From assembly GCA_043817405.1 (NCBI GenBank), contig JBDRGV010000062.1:1267-65266 (forward strand): 64,000 nt of DNA, in the 5' to 3' direction. Shown here one piece after another: positions 63,896 through 64,000 of the stretch; position 1 is the first letter of the stretch; each line of letters begins with the position of its first letter. The position numbers and the translations under genes were made by a program. Below the pieces are notes generated by a model. That model saw nothing but the letters and a program-made list of their open reading frames with translations. It searched no databases and was not told the origin of the DNA. This DNA is from an archaeon. GTDB lineage: Archaea > Nanobdellota > Nanobdellia > Woesearchaeales > GCA-2686295.

Positions 63896-64000
63896 ATGAA
63901 CGTAAGAAAAGCGATAAAGAAAATTGTTGCGCTCGGTGCTGGTTTAACCATGATCGGAGCAACTATATTAGGTGCTACGGCAGACCTAGGAGATTATCCA
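63896..64000 (+). CDS. Surface (S-layer-like) protein, 5' fragment running off the window
   Basis: MNVRKAIKKIVALGAGLTMIGATILGATADLGDYP is a signal/anchor-like N-terminus. Strong GGAGGTG SD. Preceded by a 460-bp leader/intergenic region. Confidence 0.5.
   Translation, partial: MNVRKAIKKIVALGAGLTMIGATILGATADLGDYP

Noticed and set aside
1-64000. The possibility that the contig is bacterial (for example CPR), given lspA, thyA/folA, DUF368 and pervasive Shine-Dalgarno motifs.
   Set aside because: TFS, aIF-1A (which overlaps the lspA 3' end), aIF-2 gamma, LSm-L37e, a class-I CCA enzyme, Taw1, Sec11-type signal peptidase and BHB tRNA introns are spread across the whole window and are archaeal hallmarks. 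The bacterial-like genes are better explained as acquisitions.
1-64000. Prophage, IS element or integrative element content.
   Set aside because: No integrase, transposase, terminal inverted repeats with target duplications, or phage structural genes were recognised. The only mobile-type gene is the solitary LAGLIDADG ORF.

Overview
AT-rich (about one-third G+C by eye), very gene-dense window with roughly 80 genes, short intergenic spacers and frequent ATGA or 4-8 nt gene overlaps. It is archaeal. The evidence is TFS, aIF-1A, aIF-2 gamma, an LSm-L37e pair, archaeal uS7, a class-I CCA-adding enzyme, Taw1, an archaeal-type signal peptidase, and two tRNA genes interrupted by bulge-helix-bulge (BHB) introns. 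The small-genome style, giant Cys-rich surface protein and patchy metabolism resemble DPANN-type archaea, but that placement is inference only. GGTG/AGGTGA Shine-Dalgarno motifs precede many starts. Recognisable content, in order: base-excision repair genes flanking a free-standing LAGLIDADG ORF; a dCMP-to-dTDP module (kinase-fused dCMP deaminase, thyA, folA, tmk-like); ornithine decarboxylase; Taw1; a MoxR-VWA pair; arcA-argG-argH; a block of secreted and membrane-anchored proteins next to a bacterial-type lspA; a transmembrane-anchored QW-repeat (prenyltransferase/terpene-cyclase-like) protein; an APC permease fused to a methyltransferase; a 2170-aa Cys-rich repeat surface protein; a thioredoxin / malic enzyme / TrxR / FNR-like redox block; an AmmeMemoRadiSam-type radical SAM enzyme; and the 5' end of an S-layer-like gene. 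The strongest candidate for something new is a minus-strand operon at 21.5-24.9 kb. It encodes an HD hydrolase, a radical SAM/SPASM enzyme, a cyclodipeptide-synthase-like protein and a second radical SAM/SPASM enzyme. A tandem-Lrp regulator is transcribed divergently from it, and an anomalous intron-containing tRNA(GAA) lies about 0.3 kb away. Also notable are a two-intron tRNA-Leu(UAG) and two recurrent intergenic sequence motifs. No rRNA, CRISPR array, transposase or integrase was seen. All family calls rest on motif recognition by eye, not database searches.
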